In this document: one piece after another, positions 1-10,277 of the stretch
Position numbering within the stretch: position 1 is the first letter of the stretch
Layout: each line of letters opens with the position of its first letter
Assembly: GCA_965277715.1 (NCBI GenBank)
Contig: OZ255836.1
Span: 1,984,001-2,048,000 of the forward strand
Direction of reading: 5' to 3'
From: Gammaproteobacteria bacterium
GTDB lineage: Bacteria > Pseudomonadota > Gammaproteobacteria > JBCCGL01
Length of the DNA: 64,000 nt
Position numbers and translations under genes: made by a program
Notes under the pieces: model-generated
Databases searched by the model: none
Told to the model about the DNA's origin: nothing
Seen by the model: only the letters and a program-made list of their open reading frames with translations

Positions 1-123
1 CCACGGCTGATGTGCCCGCTGGATATCTCTTACGATCACCGCGTTATCGACGGTGCCGATGCGGCGCGTTTTATGGCCCACTACTGCAATGCCATCGCCG
101 ATGTGCGTCGCCTGTTGTTATAA
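1..123 (+). CDS. aceF: dihydrolipoamide acetyltransferase E2 of pyruvate dehydrogenase, 3' end only
   Basis: Frame 1 reads PRLMCPLDISYDHRVIDGADAARF...LLL*, containing the catalytic DHRxxDG motif; lies directly upstream of lpdA. Confidence 0.9.
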   Translation, partial: PRLMCPLDISYDHRVIDGADAARFMAHYCNAIADVRRLLL

Positions 124-134
124 GGAACGGTAAA

Positions 135-1862
135 ATGTCTAACTTAATGACCGTCGAGCTGCCCAATATCGGCGACTTTGGCGAAGTCGAGATCATCGAA
201 ATACTGGTTAAGGAAAACGATGTTATCGGTATTGAAGACTCCCTCATCACAGTGGAGTCAGACAAAGCCAGCATGGAAATCCCCTCCCCCTGCCAGGGCA
301 CGGTAACGCGGGTGATAGTCGAAGTTGGCAGCAAAGTATCACAGGGATCGCCTTTACTGGTCGTGCATGTTGCAGACGCCGTTGCAAACCCCACACCCCC
401 GGAACTACCGACCGCAGCAACACCGGAACCACAACTGCAAGGTGCAGATCAAGCGTCAGATATGCAGGCAGCCGTCGTTGTACTGGGCGCTGGCCCAGGT
501 GGTTACACGGCGGCCTTTCGCGCAGCGGATTTGGGTTTGCAGGTAATCCTGATTGAGCGTTACCCATCATTGGGCGGCGTGTGCCTGAATGTTGGCTGTA
601 TTCCCTCAAAAGCCCTGTTACACACAGCCCAGGTGCTCAATGAAACCCGTGAAATGGGCGCGCATGGGATTCGTTTTGCCGAGCCGGATATTGACCTGGA
701 CAAACTGCGGGGGTTTAAACAAAAGGTCATCGACCAGCTCACTGGTGGTCTTGCCGGGTTGGCCAAACAGCGCCGTGTAACGGTTGTTCACGGCCACGGT
801 AAATTTACTTCGGCAAACAGTATCACCGTCGAAAGCGGTGGTGAGACGACTACCATCAGCTTCCAGCACGCGATTATTGCCGCTGGCTCGCAGAGTATCA
901 AAATCCCCGGCCTGCCCTACGACGATCCACGCCTGATGGATTCCACCAGTGCGCTGGCCCTCGCCGATATTCCCGACAGGTTGCTGGTGATCGGTGGTGG
1001 CATCATCGGCCTGGAAATGGCCACCGTTTACGACGCACTCGGCAGTAAAGTCACCGTGGTTGAACTCAGTGATGGGCTGATTCCCGGTTGTGACCGCGAC
1101 CTGGTGCGCCCGCTCGAAAAGCGCCTGAAAAAGCGCTATGAGAACATTTTTCTAAAATCGAAAGTCACCCGCCTGGAGCCTGCCAAAAAAGGCTTACTCG
1201 CCCACTTTGAGGGCGGTAAAGCGCCACAGAGTGATACCTTTGACCGTGCCTTACTCTCAGTCGGTCGCGCACCTAACGGTGCCAGAATTGGCGCAGAAAA
1301 CGCCGGGGTACACGTCGATTCACGTGGGTTTATTCCCGTCGATTCACAGCAAAAAACCAACGTAGCGCATATCTACGCCATTGGCGATATCGTCGGGCAG
1401 CCGATGTTGGCCCACAAAGCCACCCATGAAGCCAAAACCGCCGCTGAAGTTATCGCTGGCATGAAATCCTACTTCGACGCCAAGACCATTCCCTCGGTCG
1501 CCTACACCGACCCGGAAGTCGCCTGGATGGGGCTCACTGAAACACAGGCCAAAGAAAACGGTATCCGCTATGAAAAAGGTGCATTTCCCTGGGCGGCGAG
1601 CGGTCGCTCCTTGAGTATCAACCGCAATGAAGGCATGACCAAAGTACTGCTCGATCCAGAGACCAAACGCGTATTGGGGGCCGGTATGGTCGGCCCAAAT
1701 GCTGGCGAGTTGATTGCCGAGGCTGTTTTGGCGCTGGAAATGGGCGCGGATATTGAAGACATTGCCCTGACTGTTCATCCGCACCCCACATTATCTGAAA
1801 CGTTTAATTTTGCCTGTGAAGTGGCAGAGGGTACGTGTACGGATATTTTTGTGAAGAAGTGA
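135..1862 (+). CDS. lpdA: dihydrolipoamide dehydrogenase with N-terminal lipoyl domain
   Basis: Lipoyl motif ESDKASME, GAGPGG FAD site, GGVCLNVGCIPSK disulfide, HPHPTLSE; ATG at 135 after AAGGA. Confidence 0.95.
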   Translation: MSNLMTVELPNIGDFGEVEIIEILVKENDVIGIEDSLITVESDKASMEIPSPCQGTVTRVIVEVGSKVSQGSPLLVVHVADAVANPTPPELPTAATPEPQLQGADQASDMQAAVVVLGAGPGGYTAAFRAADLGLQVILIERYPSLGGVCLNVGCIPSKALLHTAQVLNETREMGAHGIRFAEPDIDLDKLRGFKQKVIDQLTGGLAGLAKQRRVTVVHGHGKFTSANSITVESGGETTTISFQHAIIAAGSQSIKIPGLPYDDPRLMDSTSALALADIPDRLLVIGGGIIGLEMATVYDALGSKVTVVELSDGLIPGCDRDLVRPLEKRLKKRYENIFLKSKVTRLEPAKKGLLAHFEGGKAPQSDTFDRALLSVGRAPNGARIGAENAGVHVDSRGFIPVDSQQKTNVAHIYAIGDIVGQPMLAHKATHEAKTAAEVIAGMKSYFDAKTIPSVAYTDPEVAWMGLTETQAKENGIRYEKGAFPWAASGRSLSINRNEGMTKVLLDPETKRVLGAGMVGPNAGELIAEAVLALEMGADIEDIALTVHPHPTLSETFNFACEVAEGTCTDIFVKK

Positions 1863-2076
1863 TTGAGAACACCCCTCCTGAGTGTGCGCCAACACCTCGG
1901 CCTGCGGCTCTGGCATACCGACCACAGTGCGTTTTTTTACAAAAACATGGGTATCAACACTATAGGCATCATCCAGCTCTGCAAATACAAATCTACATTT
2001 TTCAGTACTGACACTATGCGTATATTTTGTGTGCCACAAAAAAATTTTATAGCACACAAAACTGATTCACTTAGGA

Positions 2077-4350
2077 TTACCTGCCTGCCTTGCGGTCAAT
2101 CGCATCAACCGCCGCCACTGCGGTCATATTGACAATACCACGCACAGTCACCGAGTCTGTCAATACATGGGCCGAATGTTTTAAACCCACCAGCATCGGC
2201 CCAACCGGCACCCCATCACCAATCATTTTCACCATGTTGTAACAGATATTAGCGGAGTCCAGACCCGGCATTACCAACAAATTGGCCATACCGTTAAACC
2301 GGGAATCAGGAAACACACGGTTACGGATAACATCCGACAGCGCGGAATCGGCGTGCATTTCACCTTCCACTGCAAGATTCGGGTGTTCGTTGTGCAGTAT
2401 CTCCCGCGCTTTACGCATCTTTTTGGAATGCTCATTGTCACGGCTGCCAAAATTTGAGTGCGACAGTAAAGCAACCTTGGGCACAATGCCAAATCGCTGC
2501 ACCAGCTCACTGGCCATCACCACCGTTTCGGTAATATCATCGACAGTTGGGTTGACGGTGACGTGTGTGTCGGTCAGGAAAAAAGTCCCCGTGGGTAGAA
2601 TCATCAATGAAATGGCCGAGCAATCAGATACACCGTCACGCACACCGATGATCTGTTTAACATGCTTGAGATGGCGCGGGTATGCACCTTGAACCCCACA
2701 GATCATCGCATCAGCATGGCCTAGTGTGACCTGTAAGGCGGCAAAAACGGTATGGCGACGCACCACCGACCGGGCAAATGCCGGGGAGACACCCGCACGC
2801 CCCATAATACGGTGGTATTCAGTGGCCGCCAGTTCACAATCATCGACGTTGTGGGGGTCGATCACCTCAACATCCTGGTGCAATTTGTAGCGTAGTCCAT
2901 AGCGGTCGATCTTTTCTTGCATCACTTCAGCACGGCCAATCAATATCGGTTTGCAAATCCCGTCATCAACCAACACCTGTAACGCCGTTAGTACGCGTGA
3001 CGCTTCACCTTCTGCAAAGACAATACGCTGTCGATCAGAGATTGCCCGCTCAAAAATAGGTTCCATCACCAAGCCGGAACGGAAGACAAACTCACGCAAT
3101 TTGCGCTGATAGGCATACATATCGTCGATGGGCCGGGTGGCGACACCGCTGTCCATAGCCGCCTGCGCCACGCGATAGGGCACATCGGTCATAAGCCGTG
3201 GGTCAAAGGGGGTGGGTATCAGGTAATTCGGGCCAAACTGAAATGATGCGCCACCATACGCTGCCGCCACCACTTCTGAGGCTTCCTTCATCGCCAAATC
3301 GGCAATCGCCTCAACACAGGCAATTTTCATCGCATCGTTGATTTCAGTGGCCCCCACATCGAGCGCGCCACGAAATAAAAAGGGAAAACACAGTACATTG
3401 TTCACCTGGTTTGGATAATCGCTGCGCCCGGTTGCAATCAGGGCATCCGGGCACACTTCGCGCACTTCGTGTGGCCAGATCTCTGGCTCAGGGTTAGCCA
3501 GCGCGAGGATCATTGGCTGCGCTGCCATGCGCGCAACCTGATCCTGGGTGATGGTGCCCGGCCCGGAAAGCCCCATAAATATATCGGCGCCATCAATGGC
3601 ATCACCCAGGGTGCGTGCATCGGTTGTGCGTGCGTAGTTGCGTTTGTATTTATCCAGGTCATCGCGGCCACTATGGATAACGCCTTTGCGATCACACACG
3701 GTAATATTTTCCCGCCTCAAGCCCATGCTAATCAGTAGATTGAGGCAGGCTAAAGCAGCGGCCCCCGCACCGGAACAAACCAGCGTGACCTCGCTGATTT
3801 CCTTTTTAGACAACCGCAAACCATTGCGCACCGCTGCGGCAACACAAATGGCCGTGCCGTGTTGGTCGTCGTGAAAAACCGGGATATTCATCCGTTCGCG
3901 CAGCTTTTCCTCAATCTCAAAACACTCTGGTGCCTTGATGTCTTCAAGGTTAACCCCACCAAATGTCGGCTCCAGAGCCGCGACTACCTCGACGATAGTG
4001 TCCACATCCTTGGGGCTTATCTCTAAATCAAAGACATTGATATCGGCAAACTTTTTAAACAAAGCCGCTTTCCCTTCCATCACTGGCTTGGCTGCGAGTG
4101 GGCCAATAGCGCCCAACCCCAGCACGGCGGTGCCATTGGTGACCACGGCCACCAGGTTACTGCGAATGGTTAAATCGACAGCCGCGACGGGGTTATTCGC
4201 TATCTCCATGCACGCAGCGGCAACACCCGGTGAATAGGCCAATGATAAATCGCGCTGATTGACCATTTTTTTGGTGGGTACGACGTCGAGTTTTCCGGCT
4301 TTCGGGTATTTGTGGTAATCAATCGCAGCGTCACGCAATTCGTCGCTCAT
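2077..4350 (-). CDS. maeB: NADP-dependent malic enzyme fused to phosphotransacetylase-like domain
   Basis: [37 protein letters not shown]; C-terminal PTA-like domain. Confidence 0.95.
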   Translation of the reverse strand: MSDELRDAAIDYHKYPKAGKLDVVPTKKMVNQRDLSLAYSPGVAAACMEIANNPVAAVDLTIRSNLVAVVTNGTAVLGLGAIGPLAAKPVMEGKAALFKKFADINVFDLEISPKDVDTIVEVVAALEPTFGGVNLEDIKAPECFEIEEKLRERMNIPVFHDDQHGTAICVAAAVRNGLRLSKKEISEVTLVCSGAGAAALACLNLLISMGLRRENITVCDRKGVIHSGRDDLDKYKRNYARTTDARTLGDAIDGADIFMGLSGPGTITQDQVARMAAQPMILALANPEPEIWPHEVREVCPDALIATGRSDYPNQVNNVLCFPFLFRGALDVGATEINDAMKIACVEAIADLAMKEASEVVAAAYGGASFQFGPNYLIPTPFDPRLMTDVPYRVAQAAMDSGVATRPIDDMYAYQRKLREFVFRSGLVMEPIFERAISDRQRIVFAEGEASRVLTALQVLVDDGICKPILIGRAEVMQEKIDRYGLRYKLHQDVEVIDPHNVDDCELAATEYHRIMGRAGVSPAFARSVVRRHTVFAALQVTLGHADAMICGVQGAYPRHLKHVKQIIGVRDGVSDCSAISLMILPTGTFFLTDTHVTVNPTVDDITETVVMASELVQRFGIVPKVALLSHSNFGSRDNEHSKKMRKAREILHNEHPNLAVEGEMHADSALSDVIRNRVFPDSRFNGMANLLVMPGLDSANICYNMVKMIGDGVPVGPMLVGLKHSAHVLTDSVTVRGIVNMTAVAAVDAIDRKAGR

Positions 4351-4855
4351 TTTGCCTCCAGGGGACAGTGTAGGTAAACAATCTGTGTGCTATTACAAAT
4401 AGGGTATTCAGGGGTCGGGCGGGCGCAGGGTTACTCTACTGCGGAAAAGCCAGTTTGGCTCTTTTCTGCGCACTGTGTCGTCAAATAGAACCGCGTGTCA
4501 ATTAGCGTACTCATAACGGTTTAGGATAGTAGCAATTCAAGCAGAGTTAGCCTAAAAAGTCGCTATTTTTTTATAGGGTTTATGTATCTGGTCAGTTTAC
4601 TGATCGACTCACTGGCCGATTTAAATGCATCGCCTGTTTAACGCCATGCGTCTTGGGCGGGTCGAGAATCGACCAGCCTATCCGCAGGTGTTAACGCAAC
4701 TGATTGCCCGTTTTAGAGCAGAGAGAATTGCCTCGATAGATTTTTTTTTGCGTTAAAATAGTGTATCCGGTAACGTCGGTGACACGGTTAACTGGCGCTG
4801 TTTTTTATACCGATAAAACTTTATATTAATAAATTAATCAATAGGTTATAGATCC

Positions 4856-5176
4856 TTGAGCAATCAATTAGATGATATTTCGGATGGCGGCCTTGCAACT
4901 GAAGCAACCAAACCCAAATTAAAAAAGCCCAGAATGTTTAAGGTTGTGCTGCTAAATGACGATTATACACCCATGGAGTTTGTTGTTTTGGTGCTGGAAA
5001 GCGTGTTTCGTATTGATCGCGAGAAGGCCACACAAATCATGCTGCATGTGCATACCCGGGGTAAGGGGGTATGCGGGTTATTCACCAGGGATGTTGCCGA
5101 AACCAAGATGTCCCAGGTAAATAAATTGTCCCGGGATCACCAACATCCATTGTTATGTGAGATAGAAGAAGCGTAG
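4856..5176 (+). CDS. clpS: Clp protease adaptor ClpS (TTG start)
   Basis: [25 protein letters not shown]; immediately upstream of clpA. Confidence 0.95.
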   Translation: MSNQLDDISDGGLATEATKPKLKKPRMFKVVLLNDDYTPMEFVVLVLESVFRIDREKATQIMLHVHTRGKGVCGLFTRDVAETKMSQVNKLSRDHQHPLLCEIEEA

Positions 5177-5186
5177 TTGAGCTGAT

Positions 5187-7451
5187 ATGTTAAGTAAAGA
5201 ACTCGAATTTACCTTGAACATGGCATTCAAAATGGCCAAAGAGAACCGTTTTGAATTCATGACAATTGAACACTTAATGCTGGCATTGTTGGATAATTCA
5301 AGCGCGTGCAATGTGCTGCGCGCCTGTGGCGGGGATCTGGAGCAGCTTAAAATTGAGTTGACCGATTTTATCTTCGAAAACACCCCGGTGCTGGATGATG
5401 ATGAAGACCGTGAGACCCAGCCGACCCTGGGCTTTCAACGCGTATTGCAACGGGCTGTGTTTCACGTGCAGTCGTCGGGTAACCGGGAAGTGAATGGTGC
5501 CAATGTATTGGTGGCCATCTTTGGCGAGCAGGATTCGCACAGCGTCTATGTAATGAACAAACAGAGCATCAGCCGTTTGGATGTGGTGAATTACATAGCC
5601 CACGGTGTCTCAAAAGTGCCTGGCGAAGACACTGAAGAGGAAATCGATGGCGCACAGGAGAGCAGTGCAGACGAGCCTGATGCCGAGAGCCGCCCACTGG
5701 CAAAATACGCCGAGAACCTCAATAGCAAAGCGACAGATGGAAAAATTGACCCCCTTATTGGCCGCGAGCTGGAAGTTGAGCGTGCGGTGCAGATAATTTG
5801 CCGTCGACGCAAAAACAACCCATTGTTGGTCGGTGAAGCGGGGGTCGGCAAAACGGCGATAGCGGAAGGGTTGGCACGGCGCATCGTCGATGGTGAGGTG
5901 CCAGAGGTGTTGGCCAATGCCACTATCTACGGGCTTGACCTGGGTGCGATGGTCGCAGGCACTAAATACCGGGGGGATTTTGAAAAGCGTTTGAAGGGCG
6001 TACTCAATCAACTCAAGGGTGAAGAGGGCGCCGTACTGTTTATTGACGAAATACACACGATTATTGGCGCGGGTGCCGCATCGGGCGGTGTGATGGATGC
6101 CTCCAATATTATTAAGCCCATGTTGGCGTCGGGTGAGTTGAAATGCATTGGGTCGACCACTTACCAGGAATACCGGGGCATTTTTGAAAAAGACCGGGCG
6201 TTGGCACGCCGCTTTCAGAAAATTGATGTTGCCGAGCCCAGCGTTACAGAAGCCATTAAAATACTCAAGGGCTTGCGTGAGCGCTATGAATCCTTTCATC
6301 AGGTACGCTATACCAACAACGCACTGAAATCGGCGGTCGAACTCTCCGATCGCTATGTGAATGACCGCTTCCTGCCTGATAAAGCCATCGATGTAATCGA
6401 TGAGGCGGGGGCTAACCGCCAATTGCAAGCGGCGGCACAGCGCAAAAAAACCGTGAGCGTTGCCGATATTGAGGCCATCGTGGCCAAAATTGCGCGCATC
6501 CCCGCCAAGAGCCTGTCGACCAACGATGTTGAAAAACTTAAAACGCTGGATCGGGATCTAAAAATGCTGGTTTTTGGTCAAAACGAGGCCATCGATACGC
6601 TGGCCGCTGCCATCAAGATGGCGCGTTCCGGGCTGGGTAATGAGGAACGCCCTATCGGTTCATTTTTGTTTGCCGGTCCCACCGGGGTAGGCAAAACCGA
6701 AGTGACCCGGCAGTTGTCAAAAGTCCTGGGTATTGAATTGATTCGTTTTGATATGTCCGAGTATATGGAGCGGCATACCGTTTCCCGCCTTATCGGCGCG
6801 CCACCGGGCTACGTTGGCTATGACCAGGGGGGACTGTTAACCGAAGCGATCAATAAACACCCTCACGCTGTCCTGCTGTTTGATGAAATCGAAAAAGCGC
6901 ACCCCGATGTTTTTAATTTGCTGTTGCAGGTGATGGATCACGGTACGCTGACGGATAACAATGGCCGCAAAGCCGATTTTCGCAATGTCATTCTGGTTAT
7001 GACGACTAACGCGGGTGCCGAGTCGGCGAGCCGCCGCAGTATGGGGTTTTCGCAGCAGGACCACTCCAGCGATGCGATGGAGGCAATCAACCGTTTGTTT
7101 ACCCCTGAATTTCGCAATCGTCTGGATGCCGTCGTGCAGTTCAAATCACTGGATAAGCGCACAATTACCAATGTCGTCGATAAATTCATTATCGAGCTGG
7201 AAGCGCAACTGGAAAGTAAAAAGGTCAACCTGCGGGTCGAGACCTCGGCTAAGGAGTGGTTGGCAACTCACGGCTTTGATAAACACATGGGCGCCAGGCC
7301 AATGGTGCGCGTGATTCAGGATAATATCAAAAAGCCGCTGGCAGACGAGGTGTTATTCGGTCGGCTTGTCAAAGGTGGTGTCGTGACAATTTCAGCAGAC
7401 GATAAAGGTGAGTTACGTTTTAGTTTCGAGTCTGAACAGGCGCTTGCCTGA
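5187..7451 (+). CDS. clpA: ATP-dependent Clp protease ATPase subunit ClpA
   Basis: Two AAA+ modules ([16 protein letters not shown]), [14 protein letters not shown], 754 aa. Confidence 0.97.
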   Translation: MLSKELEFTLNMAFKMAKENRFEFMTIEHLMLALLDNSSACNVLRACGGDLEQLKIELTDFIFENTPVLDDDEDRETQPTLGFQRVLQRAVFHVQSSGNREVNGANVLVAIFGEQDSHSVYVMNKQSISRLDVVNYIAHGVSKVPGEDTEEEIDGAQESSADEPDAESRPLAKYAENLNSKATDGKIDPLIGRELEVERAVQIICRRRKNNPLLVGEAGVGKTAIAEGLARRIVDGEVPEVLANATIYGLDLGAMVAGTKYRGDFEKRLKGVLNQLKGEEGAVLFIDEIHTIIGAGAASGGVMDASNIIKPMLASGELKCIGSTTYQEYRGIFEKDRALARRFQKIDVAEPSVTEAIKILKGLRERYESFHQVRYTNNALKSAVELSDRYVNDRFLPDKAIDVIDEAGANRQLQAAAQRKKTVSVADIEAIVAKIARIPAKSLSTNDVEKLKTLDRDLKMLVFGQNEAIDTLAAAIKMARSGLGNEERPIGSFLFAGPTGVGKTEVTRQLSKVLGIELIRFDMSEYMERHTVSRLIGAPPGYVGYDQGGLLTEAINKHPHAVLLFDEIEKAHPDVFNLLLQVMDHGTLTDNNGRKADFRNVILVMTTNAGAESASRRSMGFSQQDHSSDAMEAINRLFTPEFRNRLDAVVQFKSLDKRTITNVVDKFIIELEAQLESKKVNLRVETSAKEWLATHGFDKHMGARPMVRVIQDNIKKPLADEVLFGRLVKGGVVTISADDKGELRFSFESEQALA

Positions 7452-7488
7452 CGAATAAGCCTTTCAGTGTATGAGGTAAAACGCCGGG

Positions 7489-7707
7489 TTACCGGCTGCG
7501 GTAGGTAATACGCCCTTTGCTTAGATCGTAAGGGGTCAGTTGAACGACCACCTTATCGCCTGTGAGGATGCGGATATAGTTTTTGCGCATTTTCCCGGAT
7601 ATATGGGCGGTAACGATATGACCGTTTTCCAATTCAACACGAAACATGGTGTTTGGCAGGGTGTCGATGACAGTGCCTTCCATTTCGATGTGTTCTTCTT
7701 TTGCCAT
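7489..7707 (-). CDS. infA: translation initiation factor IF-1
   Basis: [11 protein letters not shown]...[17 protein letters not shown], 72 aa; convergent with clpA. Confidence 0.97.
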   Translation of the reverse strand: MAKEEHIEMEGTVIDTLPNTMFRVELENGHIVTAHISGKMRKNYIRILTGDKVVVQLTPYDLSKGRITYRSR

Positions 7708-7880
7708 AAGTAACCGCTGTACCAGGGGAGTGTCAAGAGGGTATGTGTTTTTAACCGCCGCAATTATCAACAAATTGTAGTGGATCGCAAGCTTTCTTTT
7801 GCCAGGCAGGTCAAACCTAATGAGTCAACCAAGTTCAATTTATGCCGTATACCAGCTAAACTAGACGCTTTGCATTTAAA

Positions 7881-8369
7881 TTGAGGGGTGCATTGAGCGA
7901 TACAACCTATGCGGTGGCGTTGAATACTTATTCGAGCCGCTTTGCCAGCTTAATGGAATTGTACGAGCAAAACTATTTGCTCACACGTCTGTTGGCTCCC
8001 GACCTCAAGAAACTCGCCGCTGGTGAGTACGTATCCAGGGCAGATGCCTGTTTGCCGCTCTATTTGAGCGTGCTGGAAAAAGAAAGATACACCACGACGA
8101 TCTGCCTCTCCTATCGGTTTAAAGACCGCCTGCCCTACCCCAAACAACCCAACCTAACGATTCGCATTTACCATGATGCCAGCACTACCGAGGCAATGAG
8201 TGGTTTGATTCATGGCCAGCGGTATACACAACGCAACGTTAGACGCTTGCATGAAAGCTGGAAACTAAACCGTTTTTTGTACAAGTGGTTACGTTACTGC
8301 GTGCACCGTGGCCACTCGTTCAAGGCGATTGATTTAGGCTTAACCTATGCACCTGGAAAGTGCAGTTGA
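7881..8369 (+). CDS. DUF1249 (YqiB-like) protein
   Basis: LMELYEQNY...RYTTT...IRIYHDA..EAM..W.LNRFL.KWLRYC pattern; start uncertain. Confidence 0.75.
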   Translation: MRGALSDTTYAVALNTYSSRFASLMELYEQNYLLTRLLAPDLKKLAAGEYVSRADACLPLYLSVLEKERYTTTICLSYRFKDRLPYPKQPNLTIRIYHDASTTEAMSGLIHGQRYTQRNVRRLHESWKLNRFLYKWLRYCVHRGHSFKAIDLGLTYAPGKCS

Positions 8370-8384
8370 TTCAGGAAAGCGCCC

Positions 8385-10022
8385 GTGATTGCTACACATG
8401 CCACCTCAGCCTATAACTACCCACTGCTCATCAAACACCTGCTACACACACCGCTGACCTGCTCACCCGATCAGGAAATCGTCAGTGGCAATAACAAACG
8501 GTATAACTACCGGGTATTTCGCCAACGGTTGGGCCAACTGGCCAATGGCCTTTCATCACTGGGTGTGCGCCTGGGCGATACCGTCGCGGTGATGGATTGG
8601 GATAACCACCGCTACCTCGAATGTTTTTTCGCTGTGCCAATGATGGGTGCCGTACTGCACACGATTAATGTGCGCCTTTCACCTGAGCAGATTCTGTTTA
8701 CCATCAACCACGCACAAGACGATGTAATTCTCGTTCACACAGACTTTATACCGATTATTGACTTTATCAAAGGTCGGTTTGAACGCCCGGTTACGCTGAT
8801 TTATTTACAGGATGACGCGGCTGTATCGATGCCTTCAGATTACCTCGCCGAGTATGAATCACTGCTTGAGGCATCGACTGACGATTTTGTTTTTGAAGAT
8901 TTTGATGAAGGCACTACTGCCACCACTTTTTATACCACGGGCACCACGGGTGATCCAAAAGGGGTTTTTTATAGCCACCGACAACTGGTATTGCACACGC
9001 TCGGTTTGATGGCGGGTTTTGGCACAGTGGATGGCAGCGCACGCTTTCACAAGGGCGATGTGTATATGCCGATCACACCGATGTTCCATGTGCACGGCTG
9101 GGGTATCCCTTACGCAGCAACGCTGATGGGTGTCAAGCAGGTGTACCCTGGGCGTTATCAACCGGCGGTATTGCTCGCATTAATCGAACAGGAGGGCGTG
9201 ACATTTTCACACTGCGTGCCAACTATCCTGCATATGTTGCTTACAGCACCCGAAGCGGAAAGTATCGACCTGGGCAACTGGAAAGTAATTATCGGGGGTT
9301 CTGCCTTGTCGCCCGGGCTGATGATGAGTGCGATTGAGCGCGGGATCAATGTATTCTCTGCCTACGGCATGTCAGAGACCTGTCCGTTTGTCACTACCTC
9401 GGATATGTCCGGTATCCATGCGGTGACCGATGATGAAGCGACACTGGCCATGCGTGGCAAAGCCGGGCAGCCCACTGTATTGGTGGATTTGCGCGTGGTC
9501 GATGCGCAGATGAACGATGTACCGCGTGACGGTCAATCCACCGGCGAGGTGGTGGTGCGCACACCGTGGTTGACCCAGGGGTATACCGGTGATTCACAAG
9601 GCTCTGAGGCTTTGTGGGCGGGTGGGTATATGCACACGGGTGACGTTGGTTATATCGATGCGGACGGCTCGCTGCACATTACAGACCGTATGAAGGATGT
9701 GATTAAATCAGGAGGGGAATGGGTTTCATCACTGGCACTTGAAAGCATCGTTTCGCGCTGTGCGAGTGTCAGTGAAGTCGCTGCGATTGGTATAGCTGAT
9801 GAGCGTTGGGGGGAACGGCCGATGCTGGTAGTCGTGCCGACTGAAACCGGTAAAGGTGAGTTCTCAGGTGACGATTTACGCCACGCCATTCAGTTTCACG
9901 TCGAGAGTGGTCGTCTGCCAAAGTGGGCTGTGCCGGAGCGCATTGAATTTGTTGAAGCGCTGGATAAAACCAGCGTTGGCAAGCTGGACAAAAAGGCCTT
10001 GCGCGCACGCTATGCAGAATGA
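8385..10022 (+). CDS. medium/long-chain fatty acid-CoA ligase (AMP-binding; FadD/AlkK/DmdB-like)
   Basis: YTTGTTGDPKG, PMFHVHGWG, YGMSET, DRMKDVIKSGGEW, KTSVGKLDKK. Confidence 0.9.
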   Translation: MIATHATSAYNYPLLIKHLLHTPLTCSPDQEIVSGNNKRYNYRVFRQRLGQLANGLSSLGVRLGDTVAVMDWDNHRYLECFFAVPMMGAVLHTINVRLSPEQILFTINHAQDDVILVHTDFIPIIDFIKGRFERPVTLIYLQDDAAVSMPSDYLAEYESLLEASTDDFVFEDFDEGTTATTFYTTGTTGDPKGVFYSHRQLVLHTLGLMAGFGTVDGSARFHKGDVYMPITPMFHVHGWGIPYAATLMGVKQVYPGRYQPAVLLALIEQEGVTFSHCVPTILHMLLTAPEAESIDLGNWKVIIGGSALSPGLMMSAIERGINVFSAYGMSETCPFVTTSDMSGIHAVTDDEATLAMRGKAGQPTVLVDLRVVDAQMNDVPRDGQSTGEVVVRTPWLTQGYTGDSQGSEALWAGGYMHTGDVGYIDADGSLHITDRMKDVIKSGGEWVSSLALESIVSRCASVSEVAAIGIADERWGERPMLVVVPTETGKGEFSGDDLRHAIQFHVESGRLPKWAVPERIEFVEALDKTSVGKLDKKALRARYAE

Positions 10023-10277
10023 GGGTTTTCGGACTGTTCCACCGGCACTCTCCTGGGAAATGCAGAGGCAAAGCCTACATCCTTTTATACTTTATTTATC
10101 GTCAGAAAAAGACCCCGTACAAATCTAGACTCCGTGTATTAACCTACACAGGCGAAATATCTATTCCAATTGATAAGCGTCTATTTGCGTCTACACTCTA
10201 TAGTTATGCCTTGTACTAAACCCCACGGCTGCAAGTCGGTACAAGCCCCATACTATACAAAACTGAGGCATAAGTAG

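Noticed and set aside
12-134. N-terminal extension of the LpdA ORF (similar extensions on infA, fabG, tgt, rnr, sspA, petA, degS and the AMP ligase)
   Set aside because: The extensions overlap upstream genes or promoters; conserved N-termini and RBSs support the later starts
1863-2132. 89-aa ORF after lpdA
   Set aside because: TTG start without an RBS, no motif, and overlaps the maeB end
4351-4855. 505-bp maeB-clpS intergenic region as an sRNA or small gene
   Set aside because: Only a short imperfect hairpin (about 4441-4469) and AT-rich promoter-like DNA were seen; nothing recognisable, though an sRNA cannot be excluded
5610-6428. 272-aa antisense ORF in clpA and many other shadow ORFs
   Set aside because: They lie opposite well-conserved genes and show no motifs; attributed to codon-bias artefacts
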